From Acidobacteriota bacterium (lineage in GTDB: Bacteria > Actinomycetota > AC-67): DNA of 64,000 bases. The DNA is taken from NCBI GenBank assembly GCA_016208485.1, contig JACQXY010000010.1, forward strand, positions 1,431 to 65,430, read 5' to 3'. The position numbers were made by a program, and so were the translations under genes. This document shows positions 40,299 to 50,168 of the stretch, one piece after another; position 1 is the first letter of the stretch; every line of letters begins with the position of its first letter. The notes beneath the pieces were generated by a model. That model was not told where the DNA came from and made no database searches. It saw nothing but the letters and a program-made list of their open reading frames with translations.

Positions 40299-42050
40299 CT
40301 ACAGGGTCGGCCCGCCCGACGGGCTTTCGGTGGAGTTGGCCGACGGGGTCGGGCTCGGGGACTCGTACGGTTGCGCCACGATGATCGTGACCGTGGAGCC
40401 CTGGTCGACCTCCGTGTCGGGCGGCGGGTCCTGAGCGCAAACCCGGCCGGGCTCCTGCTGGCAGTCGAAGTAGCTCGCTCGGTACTGGACCGCGGGCACG
40501 AGGCCACGGCCCTCGATTCGCAGGCGCGCCTCGTCTTCCGTGAGCCCGACCACGTCGGGCACGAGAACGGTCGGCTTGCCGCTCGAGATCACGAGGTCGA
40601 CCGGCTGGCCGGCCTTGATGGAGTACCCGGCCTTCGGGCTCTGCTCGATGACCCTGTCCTTGGGCACCGAGTCGCTCGGGCGGCGGGTGGTCTCGCCCAC
40701 CTTGAGGCCCACTTTGGTGAGGATCTCGCGCGCCTTGCTCTCGGTCTTGCCTCGCAGATCGGGTGTCTTCACGAGCTGCGACCCGCTCGAGGGGGTGAGG
40801 GTCACCGTCCTGCCCTTCTGGTACCGCTCGCCCGGCGCCGGGCTCTGGAGCATGACCATCCCCGAGGCGAACTCGTCGCTCGGCACCGAGGCCTCGATGG
40901 ACACGTCGAATCCCTTGCGTTTCAGGATGTCCTGCGCCCGGCCGACTGCCTGCCCGATCACGCTCGGCACCGTCGCGTACCGGGGTCCGGTGAGCGCGCC
41001 GGCGGCGGCCCACACGAGCGCGCCGGCGGCCGCCAGCGCGATCAAGGTGAGCAGGACGTACCCCGCCGCCCGGCGGTGGCTCGCCGAGGCGGCCTCGAGC
41101 GAGCGCGTGGTCGCACTCGGCGCCCGCGCGCCTCGGGCGACCACGACGGTCTCCTCGGCGAGCGGGCTAACGACGCCGGTCGCGTCGTGGAGGACAGGCG
41201 TGGCGCTCACCGGCCGCCCCGCGAGCCAGCGGAGGATGTCCTCCCTGAGCTCCTGGGCCGTCTGGTAGCGGTTCGCCGGGTTCTTCGCGAGCGCCTTCAT
41301 CACGACGGCTTCGAGCGCCGGCGGGACGTCGGGGTTGAGGCGCGACGGGGGGATGGGGGACTCCTTCACGTGCTTGTAGGCGATCGCGACCGGAGAGGAC
41401 CCGGTGAACGGCACCTGGCGCGTGAGCATCTCGTAGAGGACGATGCCGAGCGAGTAGACGTCGGAGCGGTGATCGACCGGCTTCCCCTCGGCCTGCTCCG
41501 GGGAGAAGTACTGCGCGGTGCCGAGCACGGTCGCGGTCTGCGTGACCGATTCCCCCGACATCGCGCGGGCGATCCCGAAGTCGGTCACCTTCACCGAGCC
41601 GTCGGAGGTGACCATGATGTTTCCCGGTTTCACGTCGCGGTGGACGATCCCGCGCGAGTGCGCGAACGCGAGCGCCGCGCAGACCTCGGAGGCGACCTCG
41701 CCGGCGCGCTCCGGCAGCAACGGCCCCTCCTCGCGGATGATCTCTCTCAAGGTCTTCCCGTCAACGAACTCCATCACGATGTAGTTGATCCCGTCGTCCG
41801 AGCCGGTGTCGTAGACGGCGACGATGTTCGGGTGGTTGAGGGCGGCGGCCGACTGCGCCTCGCGGCGGAAGCGCGCGATGAAGTGCGGGTCCTCCGCGAA
41901 CTGGGGGAGGAGCATCTTGACGGCGACGGTGCGGCCGAGCGTCCGGTCGCGCCCGAGGAGGACGTCGGCCATTCCCCCGGTCCCGAGCTTGCGCGACAGC
42001 TCGTACCGCTTGGAGAGCACCTTCGCGTTGCCGCCGGTCTTCGAGCTCAC
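40299..42050 (-). CDS. pknB: PASTA-domain Ser/Thr protein kinase
   Basis: LGTGGMA, VAVK, HRDVKPGN, DFG, GTAQYFSPE, TM, three PASTA repeats. Confidence 0.95.
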   Translation of the reverse strand: MSSKTGGNAKVLSKRYELSRKLGTGGMADVLLGRDRTLGRTVAVKMLLPQFAEDPHFIARFRREAQSAAALNHPNIVAVYDTGSDDGINYIVMEFVDGKTLREIIREEGPLLPERAGEVASEVCAALAFAHSRGIVHRDVKPGNIMVTSDGSVKVTDFGIARAMSGESVTQTATVLGTAQYFSPEQAEGKPVDHRSDVYSLGIVLYEMLTRQVPFTGSSPVAIAYKHVKESPIPPSRLNPDVPPALEAVVMKALAKNPANRYQTAQELREDILRWLAGRPVSATPVLHDATGVVSPLAEETVVVARGARAPSATTRSLEAASASHRRAAGYVLLTLIALAAAGALVWAAAGALTGPRYATVPSVIGQAVGRAQDILKRKGFDVSIEASVPSDEFASGMVMLQSPAPGERYQKGRTVTLTPSSGSQLVKTPDLRGKTESKAREILTKVGLKVGETTRRPSDSVPKDRVIEQSPKAGYSIKAGQPVDLVISSGKPTVLVPDVVGLTEDEARLRIEGRGLVPAVQYRASYFDCQQEPGRVCAQDPPPDTEVDQGSTVTIIVAQPYESPSPTPSANSTESPSGGPTL

Positions 42051-42128
42051 CCGGTCAATCTCCTCCTTGGAGCCGGGGCGGCCGCTGCTCGACCCGAGCC
42101 CCCGCGCTCCGTTCGTCTCAATGATGCC

Positions 42129-43601
42129 TCATCGGACGGCCGTTCTCTGGAAGGCCTCGATCACCTTGCGGGCGATCGGGCCGGCCACCTTGCCCCCGGT
42201 CGCCTCGCTGCGCAAGTCGCCGCCGTGCTCGACGACGACCGCGACGGCGATTCCGGGGGCGAATGCCACGAACCAAACGTGCGGGGCCTCGCCCTCGACT
42301 CCGGTCTGCGCCGTCCCGGTCTTGCCCCCGATTCCTCGGCCGCGGAACCCGACGACCCGCCCGGTCCCGAAGCGGACGACGTCGATCATCATCTCGCGCA
42401 GCCACTTCGCCACCTTCCGCGAGTAGACGGGGCCCTCGCGCGCAGGGGCGAAGCGGCGCACGACGAAGCCGGAGTAGTCCTGCACCTCCCGGACGACGTG
42501 AGGCCGGACCAGGTAGCCGCCGTTCTGGACGGCGGCGGCGACCAGGGCCATCTGGAGCGGCGTCACGCGGACGTTCTGCTGGCCGAAGGCGGACTTGGCG
42601 ACCTCGGCCTTCGGCATGGACGGGTCGCTGCACTCGCCGGCGATCGTGCGGAGGCAGCTCGGAGCGGCGGGGATGTCGAGACCGGACTCCCGGTTGAGTC
42701 CGAACCGGGTGGCCATGTCGTAGAGCTTCTTCCATCCGAGCCTCAAGCCGATTCGCGCGAAGGCGGTGTTGCACGACACGAGCAACGCGCGGCGCACCGA
42801 TCCGCCGCAGGTGCTGCCCCCGAAGTTGCGAACCGGCTTGGACTGCCCGGGAAGGTGCAGCGCGCGGTCGAAGGGCAACCGAGTCGCCGGGGTCATCTTC
42901 CCCAACTCGAGCGCGGCCGCCGCCGTGATGATCTTGAAGGTGGATCCCGGCGGGTAGTGCTCCCGGAACGCGCGCGAGAGCAGCGGCTTCGCCGGGTCGG
43001 CGTTGAGGCGCGACCAGGCCCGGTCGGCGCGGGCGAAGTCGTGCGTGGAGAGCGGACCGGGGTCGTAGCTGGGGTTGCCCCAGAGCGCGAGCACTTCCCC
43101 GGTCTCCGGGTCGATCGCCGCCACGCCGCCGCGCTGGCGGCCGAGCGCCGCGCGGGCGATGCGCTGGAGTTCGGGGTCGATCGTGAGCACGACGGTGTTC
43201 CCCCTGCGCGGTCGCCCGAGGAAATCGTCGAGCAGATCGCTCGGCTTGGACGGCTCATCCCCCGTGAGGTAGCCGTTGTACTTGCTCTCTACCATCCACG
43301 CGCCGTATCGGAAGGAGTAGTAGCCGGAGATCTGCCCGAACAGATCGCCGAGCGGGTATCGGCGCACGTACTTCAGCGCGTCGCGGGTGGTCCTCGACTC
43401 GGCGACGACCTCCCCCCCGGCGACGATCGTGCCGCGCTCGGTGGAGTACTCGTTGATGATGCGCCGCCGGTTCCACTCCTTCGCGGTCTCGGTGCCCAGG
43501 ATCTGGCTCGAGCGGCTCACCTGAACGAGGTTCAGGTTCGCGAGCAACGCCGCGAAGGCGAGTCCGAGCGCGAGCGCCACGCGCCGGATCGAGCGGTTCA
43601 A
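42129..43601 (-). CDS. pbpA: Class B penicillin-binding protein A
   Basis: PGSTFK, SCN, KTGTAQ; between rodA and pknB. Confidence 0.92.
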   Translation of the reverse strand: MNRSIRRVALALGLAFAALLANLNLVQVSRSSQILGTETAKEWNRRRIINEYSTERGTIVAGGEVVAESRTTRDALKYVRRYPLGDLFGQISGYYSFRYGAWMVESKYNGYLTGDEPSKPSDLLDDFLGRPRRGNTVVLTIDPELQRIARAALGRQRGGVAAIDPETGEVLALWGNPSYDPGPLSTHDFARADRAWSRLNADPAKPLLSRAFREHYPPGSTFKIITAAAALELGKMTPATRLPFDRALHLPGQSKPVRNFGGSTCGGSVRRALLVSCNTAFARIGLRLGWKKLYDMATRFGLNRESGLDIPAAPSCLRTIAGECSDPSMPKAEVAKSAFGQQNVRVTPLQMALVAAAVQNGGYLVRPHVVREVQDYSGFVVRRFAPAREGPVYSRKVAKWLREMMIDVVRFGTGRVVGFRGRGIGGKTGTAQTGVEGEAPHVWFVAFAPGIAVAVVVEHGGDLRSEATGGKVAGPIARKVIEAFQRTAVR

Positions 43602-44878
43602 TCGACGGCCTCCGCATCCGACATGCGGATCAGCAGACCGACGAGCACGAAGTTGGTCAGGAGGCTCGACCCTCCGTAGGCGACGAAGGGCAGCGTGATG
43701 CCGGTGAGCGGGACGAGCCGCGATACACCGGCCATGATGAGGAGCGCCTGGATGCCGACGATCGTGGTCAGGCCGGTGGCGAGGAGCGTCCCGAACGCAT
43801 CGCGCGACCGGAGCGCGATCCGCAGGCCCCGCGCCACAAGGAGGCCGAAAAGCAGCGCGATCGCGGTGGTCCCGAGCAGACCCAGCTCCTCGCCGATCGC
43901 CGAGAAGATGAAGTCGGTGGGGATCGTCGCCCCCCGGCCGGGCTGGATGAGTCCGGGGTGGCCCCGTCCCAGCCCGGTTCCGGAGATCCCGCCGGTCGCC
44001 AGCGCCCAGACGGACTGGCCGATCTGGAATCCGGCGCCCTCGATGCGGCTCCAGGGATCGAGCCAGGCCGCGATCCGGGTCTGGACGTGGCCGAAGGCGT
44101 GGTAGGTGAACCAGACCCCGCCGGCGAACAGCGCGAGCCCAGTGCCGGCGTAGGACGCGCGCGCCGTGGCCACGTAGAGCGTGACGACGAACAGGGCGAA
44201 GAACAGGACCGACGACCCGAGGTCCCGCTCCCAAACGATTAGCGCGAGCGACAGCCCCCACGCGAGGATGAGCGGGCCGAAGTGGCGCGGCGCCGGGAGC
44301 TCCAACGGCCCGATCCTCATGGAGGCGATGGTCATAACCTCCCGCTTCTGGGCGAGATAGCCGGCGAGGAAGGTCGCGAGGATCACCTTCGCGAGCTCGG
44401 CCGGCTGGAAGTTGAGCGTCCCGACCCGAACCCACAGCCGCGCGCCCCCCACCGACCGGCCGATCGACGGCGCGAGCGGGAGCAGCAGGAGGGCGATCCC
44501 GAGCAGCATGAGGGAGTACCGGAAGCGCTCCAGGCTCCGGTGATCGCGCACGAGGGCGAGCGTCGCGGTGAAGGCCGCGATCCCGGTTCCGATCCAGGCG
44601 AGCTGGGGACCCCCGAGCGCCGGGTCGAGCCGGCGGATCATGACGTAGCCGAAGGCGGCGAGCAGCATCGCGATGGGCAGCAGAAGTGGGTCGGCGCGCG
44701 GAGCGAAGCGGCGCACGGCGACGTGGACGACGGCGATCCCCGCGGCGAAGAGCGCGGCGTGGGCGGCGATTCCGGGCGGCACTGCCGCCTCGCGCGCGAA
44801 GGAGACGAGCGCGAAGGCCGCGAGCGCGATGATCCCGGCGAGGATGAGGAGAGACAGCTCGGCGCTGCGCGGTTTCAC
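43598..44878 (-). CDS. rodA: SEDS peptidoglycan glycosyltransferase
   Basis: FQPAELAK, DLGS, TDFIFSAIGEELG, PLTGITLPF.AYGGSS. Confidence 0.93.
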   Translation of the reverse strand: MKPRSAELSLLILAGIIALAAFALVSFAREAAVPPGIAAHAALFAAGIAVVHVAVRRFAPRADPLLLPIAMLLAAFGYVMIRRLDPALGGPQLAWIGTGIAAFTATLALVRDHRSLERFRYSLMLLGIALLLLPLAPSIGRSVGGARLWVRVGTLNFQPAELAKVILATFLAGYLAQKREVMTIASMRIGPLELPAPRHFGPLILAWGLSLALIVWERDLGSSVLFFALFVVTLYVATARASYAGTGLALFAGGVWFTYHAFGHVQTRIAAWLDPWSRIEGAGFQIGQSVWALATGGISGTGLGRGHPGLIQPGRGATIPTDFIFSAIGEELGLLGTTAIALLFGLLVARGLRIALRSRDAFGTLLATGLTTIVGIQALLIMAGVSRLVPLTGITLPFVAYGGSSLLTNFVLVGLLIRMSDAEAVD

Positions 44879-46029
44879 GGTCCGCCTCCGGGTGGGCCGG
44901 TCGGGAGCGCAGGCCCCGGCGAGCCCGACGCCGCAGGCGCCGGGCCGAGGGCGCCGCGGATGTTCTCGACGATGCGGCGCGCTTCGAGGAGCGTCCGGGC
45001 GCGCAGGCCCTCGGCCAGGCGCGGCCGGTAGTAGGCCGCCACATCGTTCACGCGGATGGGCGTGCGCTCCTCGACGCGGGCAAGCCCCCTCAGCGGGCTG
45101 TCCGGCAGGCCCCGGAAGATCGCGACGCGCCCGCCGTCCACTCCGACGAAGTAGTTGCGGCCGGCGACCGCTCTCACCACGACCCAGGCGCCGATGGCTG
45201 TGGAGAGGATGACCAGACACCAGGTTAGTGTCCTGGTCGCCCGGGGCCGGCCCGGCCGCGATCGCGGCCGCCGTGCCGCGGGAGCAGGCGAGGGGGGGTC
45301 GTCGCTTCCGTGCTCGATCAGCACCACGGTGACGTTGTCCGGCCCGCCCCGGGCGTTGGCGAGCGCGACGAGGCCGCGGCAAGCCGCGTCGAGGTCCGGG
45401 TCGGCGCCGGCCAGCCGGAGGATCTCCTCGTCCGAGACGGGTCCGGTGAGGCCGTCGGAGCAGAGCAGGAGGCGGTCTCCGGGAAGCAGGTCGAGGTCGG
45501 CCTGGTCCACGAGCACGCTCGGCTCCGACCCGAGCGCGCGGAGCAGCAGCGAGCGGTGCGGGTGTGTCGCCGCCTCCTCCGGGGAGAGAGATCCTTCCCG
45601 GACGCGCCGCGCGACCACGGTGTGGTCCTCGGTCAGGCGGCGGATCTCTCCGGCGCGGATGAGGTAGCAGCGGGAGTCCCCGACGTGGGCGATCCGGGCG
45701 ACGCCGCCGCGGACGGCAAGGGCCGTCAGGGTGGTCCCCATCCCGGAGAGGTCCGCGTTGCCCCGGGCTCGCTCGTACACCTCGCGGTTGGCCCGCTGCA
45801 CCGCCGCGGTGAGATCGCGGAAGCTGTCGTCCGGCGGCGCGGCGGCCAGCGCCGCGATCGGCTCGAGCGAGAGGGCGCTCGCCACCTCGCCGGCCCGGTG
45901 GCCTCCGAGCCCGTCGGCCACGGCGAACACGGCCGCGCCCACGAAGAGGGAGTCCTCGTTGCGCTCGCGCGCGCGGCCGACGTCGCTGAGCGCCGCGGCC
46001 CGCAGCCGGCCGGCGCCCGGCGCCGTCAC
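44875..46029 (-). CDS. pstP: PP2C Ser/Thr phosphatase with TM
   Basis: DVGRARERNED, VADGLGGH, GMGTT, HVGDSR, LCSDGL, GGPDNVT. Confidence 0.92.
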   Translation of the reverse strand: MTAPGAGRLRAAALSDVGRARERNEDSLFVGAAVFAVADGLGGHRAGEVASALSLEPIAALAAAPPDDSFRDLTAAVQRANREVYERARGNADLSGMGTTLTALAVRGGVARIAHVGDSRCYLIRAGEIRRLTEDHTVVARRVREGSLSPEEAATHPHRSLLLRALGSEPSVLVDQADLDLLPGDRLLLCSDGLTGPVSDEEILRLAGADPDLDAACRGLVALANARGGPDNVTVVLIEHGSDDPPSPAPAARRPRSRPGRPRATRTLTWCLVILSTAIGAWVVVRAVAGRNYFVGVDGGRVAIFRGLPDSPLRGLARVEERTPIRVNDVAAYYRPRLAEGLRARTLLEARRIVENIRGALGPAPAASGSPGPALPTGPPGGGP

Positions 46030-46466
46030 CGGCGCACCTCGATGAGGGTCTTGCCGACCCGGACCTCGTCGCCGTCGGCGATCGGCGAGGGGCCGGTGAC
46101 CTTCATCCGGTTCAGGTACGTGCCGTTGGTGGAGCCGAGGTCCTCGACGAACCAGGCGCCTTCGCGGGCGAACAGCCTCGCGTGCATCTGGGAGCAATAG
46201 GTGTCCTGAAGCACGACCTGGCAGGAATCCTCCCGCCCGATCACGACCTCGGCGCGGAGCGGAAAGGGCTTCGCCGGTTGGTCCGGCTCGCGCACGAGGA
46301 TGGTTCTCGGAGTCCCCCGGTGCCGGCGCTTCCCGGAGCCCGCGGCCGGGCGCGGCGCGCGGGTTCCGACCAGGTCCAGGTGAATGACCCGGACCGCGCG
46401 CGCGATGAACAGGTACAGGAGGGCGAGGAACAGCCACTTGAGAGACGTGAGGACGACCGGGGGCAC
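46026..46466 (-). CDS. fhaB: Membrane-anchored FHA protein
   Basis: N-terminal TM; IGR, SQMHA, DLGSTNGT. Confidence 0.88.
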   Translation of the reverse strand: MPPVVLTSLKWLFLALLYLFIARAVRVIHLDLVGTRAPRPAAGSGKRRHRGTPRTILVREPDQPAKPFPLRAEVVIGREDSCQVVLQDTYCSQMHARLFAREGAWFVEDLGSTNGTYLNRMKVTGPSPIADGDEVRVGKTLIEVRR

Positions 46467-47179
46467 TACGGCCTCCGGAACTCGAGGACGGTCTCCCCGA
46501 GCGCGATGCGGTCGCCCGGCACCAGCCGGTGGCGCCCGACCCTGCGACCGTTGACGTCGGTCCCGTTGGTGGACCCGAGGTCGATCAGAACCCACTCGTC
46601 ACCTTCCCGGCGGATCTCGGCGTGACGGCGCGAGACCCCCGGATCCGGCAGCATCACGTCGGAGGTGTCGAGCCGTCCCAGGACGAGAGCCTCCTTGGAC
46701 AGCGGCCAGTGTCTGCCCTGCTTGCCGACTTGGACCAGCTCGGCGTCGGCGTCGAGCGACATCCGGATGAGCTGCGTCTGCGGTCCGGCCTCCGGCTCCG
46801 CGCGCGCGCCCTCGGCGAAGTCGGCCTGCACATCGAAGGTGCCCGCCTTCCGGCGCGGGTCGGCGGCGAGGTGGATGTCCGGCGGCCCGAGGAGCTTCCA
46901 GCCCTCGCTCGCCGCCGCGCGCCGGGCCACCGCGGCCAGCTCCCGCACCAGGGCCGAGCGAACCGGATCCAGGCGCTCGAAGTCCTTGGCTGAGAGCAGG
47001 AAAGCGAACTGGTTCGGGACGTACGTGCTCGAAACCGAGACCCGCTTGCCGTCCTCCATCGCGCGAACCATGCGCTTGCCGAGCTCCACGGGCTGGACGC
47101 CGCCGCCGGGGAGCGCGCGGGCGAAGAAGCCCTCGACGATCCCTTCGAGGCGCTTCTCGAACTCGCGCAGGATTCCCAT
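46466..47179 (-). CDS. fhaA: DUF3662 + FHA domain protein
   Basis: FEKRLEGIVEG.FAR...VQPVEL; LGR, VSRRHAE, DLGSTNGT. Confidence 0.9.
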   Translation of the reverse strand: MGILREFEKRLEGIVEGFFARALPGGGVQPVELGKRMVRAMEDGKRVSVSSTYVPNQFAFLLSAKDFERLDPVRSALVRELAAVARRAAASEGWKLLGPPDIHLAADPRRKAGTFDVQADFAEGARAEPEAGPQTQLIRMSLDADAELVQVGKQGRHWPLSKEALVLGRLDTSDVMLPDPGVSRRHAEIRREGDEWVLIDLGSTNGTDVNGRRVGRHRLVPGDRIALGETVLEFRRP

Positions 47180-47288
47180 CGGCCGCTCCCTCGACGCCAG
47201 CGGAGATTCTAGCCGCGGGCACCCCTCCCGCCGTCGCCCGAAAGGGCAGGCAGGCCGGGCTCGAGGCGCTGGTAGACTGGGTGCCCGC

Positions 47289-47373
<85 letters not shown>

Positions 47374-47587
47374 CGAATCCCTGTTGAGGCGTGGAGTCGC
47401 TCGCCGGGCTCCGCCCGACGACGGTGTCGCAAATCCGGGCGATCCAGGGTAGCCGGAGAAATCGCACCGTCCCCCTCTTCCGCTGGAGGGGGATGTGGAA
47501 GAGAATGTCTTGCCCCGCCGATACCGGCGGAGGGGAGAGATCGTCCATGGAGACGTTCCGGTGGCCATGGGGAGGAGGGAATCGCCG

Positions 47588-48448
47588 ATGCGAAGGAGAT
47601 CTCTCGCGCTCGCGGTTCTGTGGGTGATCTTCGCGGCGCTGCTCGCGGCGGCGGGGGTCGCGATCGCGAGCGATTGCGGGAACCACGACTGGAACGGAAG
47701 CTGCGAGACTCCGGAGAACCAGGTGTCCTGCGCCACCGGGAACCTGCGGCCGGATCAGCCCATCGGCGCCCGGCTGTACTCCCAGAATGCGGAGGTCTCG
47801 GTCTGTAGCGACGACGGTCCTGTGTGGCAGGGGCGGGTGATAGCGACCGTGAGCCGGCCCACGCAACATGGCGGCGGGGTCTCGCTGGCCCATGACGGCG
47901 ATGCCGACAACGTGTGGGCGCTCCAGGGCTGGTACCGCGTGGCCTGGTTTCCGATGACCGGCTTCCCGCCCTACCCCGGCTACGTTCGAGGGGACTGCGG
48001 GGACGCGAACTCCTGGCAGGTTCCCGGTAAGGCGTGCGGTCCTCAGCTCCAGTTCATGCCCGCGTCGTGTGGGGGGGGCGAGGGTGCGGAGGACTTCAAC
48101 GGGAACTGCGAGAAGAATCAGGAAGTCCGCTGCGGGACCGGAATGCTCCCCCGCGGCGCCTGGGGGAAGATCATCGAGCCCTACGACATCTGGCACAACC
48201 CGCTCGGGGCATCCGCCTACGGGAACGGGAAGGCCGAGGTGTCGGCATGCAACAACGGCGCGTATCTCGGGCCGCAAGGTCGGGTCTACGCGGCGACCGA
48301 CGGCAGCAGGGCATGGGCCGCCTACGACGGGGACCCGAGCAACGCGCCCCTTCTTCGGGGATGGACCAGGGTGTCGGTGTCCTCCCAGGGCGCCGAGCTT
48401 CGGTGCGGATCCGGCGACTCGTTCTACGAGGCCGGGTCCTCCTGCTGA
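47588..48448 (+). CDS. Secreted Cys-rich protein made of two repeats
   Basis: GGAGG RBS, signal peptide, 12 Cys, duplicated motifs. Confidence 0.75.
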   Translation: MRRRSLALAVLWVIFAALLAAAGVAIASDCGNHDWNGSCETPENQVSCATGNLRPDQPIGARLYSQNAEVSVCSDDGPVWQGRVIATVSRPTQHGGGVSLAHDGDADNVWALQGWYRVAWFPMTGFPPYPGYVRGDCGDANSWQVPGKACGPQLQFMPASCGGGEGAEDFNGNCEKNQEVRCGTGMLPRGAWGKIIEPYDIWHNPLGASAYGNGKAEVSACNNGAYLGPQGRVYAATDGSRAWAAYDGDPSNAPLLRGWTRVSVSSQGAELRCGSGDSFYEAGSSC

Positions 48449-48460
48449 GATCATCGCGAT

Positions 48461-48490
48461 GAAAGAGGGGGCCGCTCGGCCCCCTCTTTC
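48461..48490. terminator. Bidirectional terminator hairpin
   Basis: GAAAGAGGGGGCCG-CT-CGGCCCCCTCTTTC between convergent genes. Confidence 0.8.
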
Positions 48491-48503
48491 GTGAGAGGCT
48501 TCT

Positions 48504-50036
48504 TCAGCCGACGGCCGTGCCGCAGCCTGCGCAGAACTTCGCCCCGCGCGCGAGCGGCGCGCCGCAACTCGAGCAGAAGTGCGGGGCCGCCGACTGCGCG
48601 GCCTCCGGCGCCGAAGCCGCGGCCGGCTGCTCCTCTGGAGCCGCCGGGGCTGCCGGGGGAGGCGGCTGGAAACCGACCGGCGCGATGGACACCACGGGGG
48701 GAGGCAGCGCCGGCTCGGGAGGCGCAGAGGCGGCCGGGGGCGCGCTCGGCTCGGGAGGCGCGGGAGGCGCGGGCGGCGTGAACGGCGCCGGCGGAGGAGG
48801 TGCCGGGGCGCCGTAGGGAGCCGCTCCGGGAGCCGGAGCCGGGTATGCAACGGCGAGCGTCCGCTTCCGCTTGCTCCTCGCGAAGGCGAACCCGCCCGCG
48901 AGCACGACCACGGCGCCTCCGGCGATCGCCGCGATCAGGGCCGTCGGCGAACTCTTCTGAGTCGCGGCCAGCTCTGCCGCCTTGGTCTTGAAGGCCTGGG
49001 CCTCGCGGTGCGACGGAACGCGGGTGAGTACCTCGTCGAACTTCGTGAGCGCGGCCTTCCCGTCGCCGGCGAAGTAGAGCTGGAGCCCCTCACGATAGAG
49101 GCGGTCCACCGTCCCGAGCTGGTTCTTCACTCCGGCGCGCGTGAGGACCTCGGAGATGAGGGAGGATGGGGAGATGAAGTTGAACGCCTCGGTCTCCCCG
49201 ACGATGTTGAACGAGTTGATCCCGACGACCCGTCCCTGAAGGTCCACGGTCGGCCCGCCGCTCATTCCGCCGGAGAGAGCGGCGCTCATCTCGTAGACGG
49301 GGAGCAGGCCCTCCTCGCGGGTCTTCTTGGCGCTGATCTTGCCGTCCTTGAAGGTCGGCTCGAGGCTTTGGTCGGTCACCATGTCGGTCGAGGCCGGATA
49401 CCCGACCGAGAGAATGGGAGTCCCGATCTGGATTTCCGAGGAAGGCGCGATCTGGACGACCGAGAGGTTCTCCGCCTCGACCTTGAGGAGGGCGACGTCG
49501 CCCTTGCTGACCGCGTTGATCCCGACAACGCGCGCCGGCTTCGCGTCGCCGGTCTTCAATCCCGAGAGCGCCACGCCGTGCTGGACGTAGACGGTCCGGT
49601 CGGGCGGCGACCCCTTCACCTTGCCCTCGACCCCCCAGTTGGCGTAGGCGGTCTCCAAGTACGACGCGCGATCCGAGGCGGGGATCGCGTTTTGCGCGAT
49701 CAGCCAGTCGACGGCCTGCTCCAGCGCGCCCCCCCGCGCGCCTTCGATGCCCGGGTCCACGCAGTGGCCGGCGGTCACGATGTAGCCGCTCGGCTCCACG
49801 ACGAAGCCGCTGCAGCGGATGGCCCACTCGAACGGATCGCCGTTCTGGATGAAGCCCACTCCCGGCACGCGAACCCAGGCCTTCCAGTAGATCTCCAGGT
49901 ACACCATCGCCGGGCTCACGATTGCGGAGGTCTTCTCCTCGGGCGTCGCCTGGACGGGCTTGGCCGAGACGCTCGACGGGAGCAGGATGAGCGCCGCGGC
50001 AAGGAGAACCGCGGAAAGGGCGGAGGCTCTGCGCAT
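48504..50036 (-). CDS. Trypsin-like serine protease with TM, Pro-rich linker and C-terminal zinc ribbon
   Basis: CSGFVV, TAGHCV, DVALLK, GMSGGP; CSSCG...FCAGCG. Confidence 0.88.
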   Translation of the reverse strand: MRRASALSAVLLAAALILLPSSVSAKPVQATPEEKTSAIVSPAMVYLEIYWKAWVRVPGVGFIQNGDPFEWAIRCSGFVVEPSGYIVTAGHCVDPGIEGARGGALEQAVDWLIAQNAIPASDRASYLETAYANWGVEGKVKGSPPDRTVYVQHGVALSGLKTGDAKPARVVGINAVSKGDVALLKVEAENLSVVQIAPSSEIQIGTPILSVGYPASTDMVTDQSLEPTFKDGKISAKKTREEGLLPVYEMSAALSGGMSGGPTVDLQGRVVGINSFNIVGETEAFNFISPSSLISEVLTRAGVKNQLGTVDRLYREGLQLYFAGDGKAALTKFDEVLTRVPSHREAQAFKTKAAELAATQKSSPTALIAAIAGGAVVVLAGGFAFARSKRKRTLAVAYPAPAPGAAPYGAPAPPPPAPFTPPAPPAPPEPSAPPAASAPPEPALPPPVVSIAPVGFQPPPPAAPAAPEEQPAAASAPEAAQSAAPHFCSSCGAPLARGAKFCAGCGTAVG

Positions 50037-50168
50037 GAAGACTCCTTTCGACAGGGGACGGCGCCGCGAGTCTCCCCCGAATCCGGCGCGCGCGTCCCAT
50101 CGGCGAGGCCGTTCCCAGGCTAGTCGCGAGAGGGGGTTGGGTCAAAGGTCTCTGTTAGGCTTGGACCG

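Noticed and set aside
40371..43679. Very long antisense or alternative-frame ORFs (e.g. 1102 aa here, also 3282-5771, 5773-8274, 2138-4714)
   Set aside because: Shadow ORFs of recognisable genes; stop codons are scarce in very high-GC DNA
47420..47460. c-di-GMP-I riboswitch (GCAAA motif)
   Set aside because: Second GCAAAG and P2/P3 consensus not found
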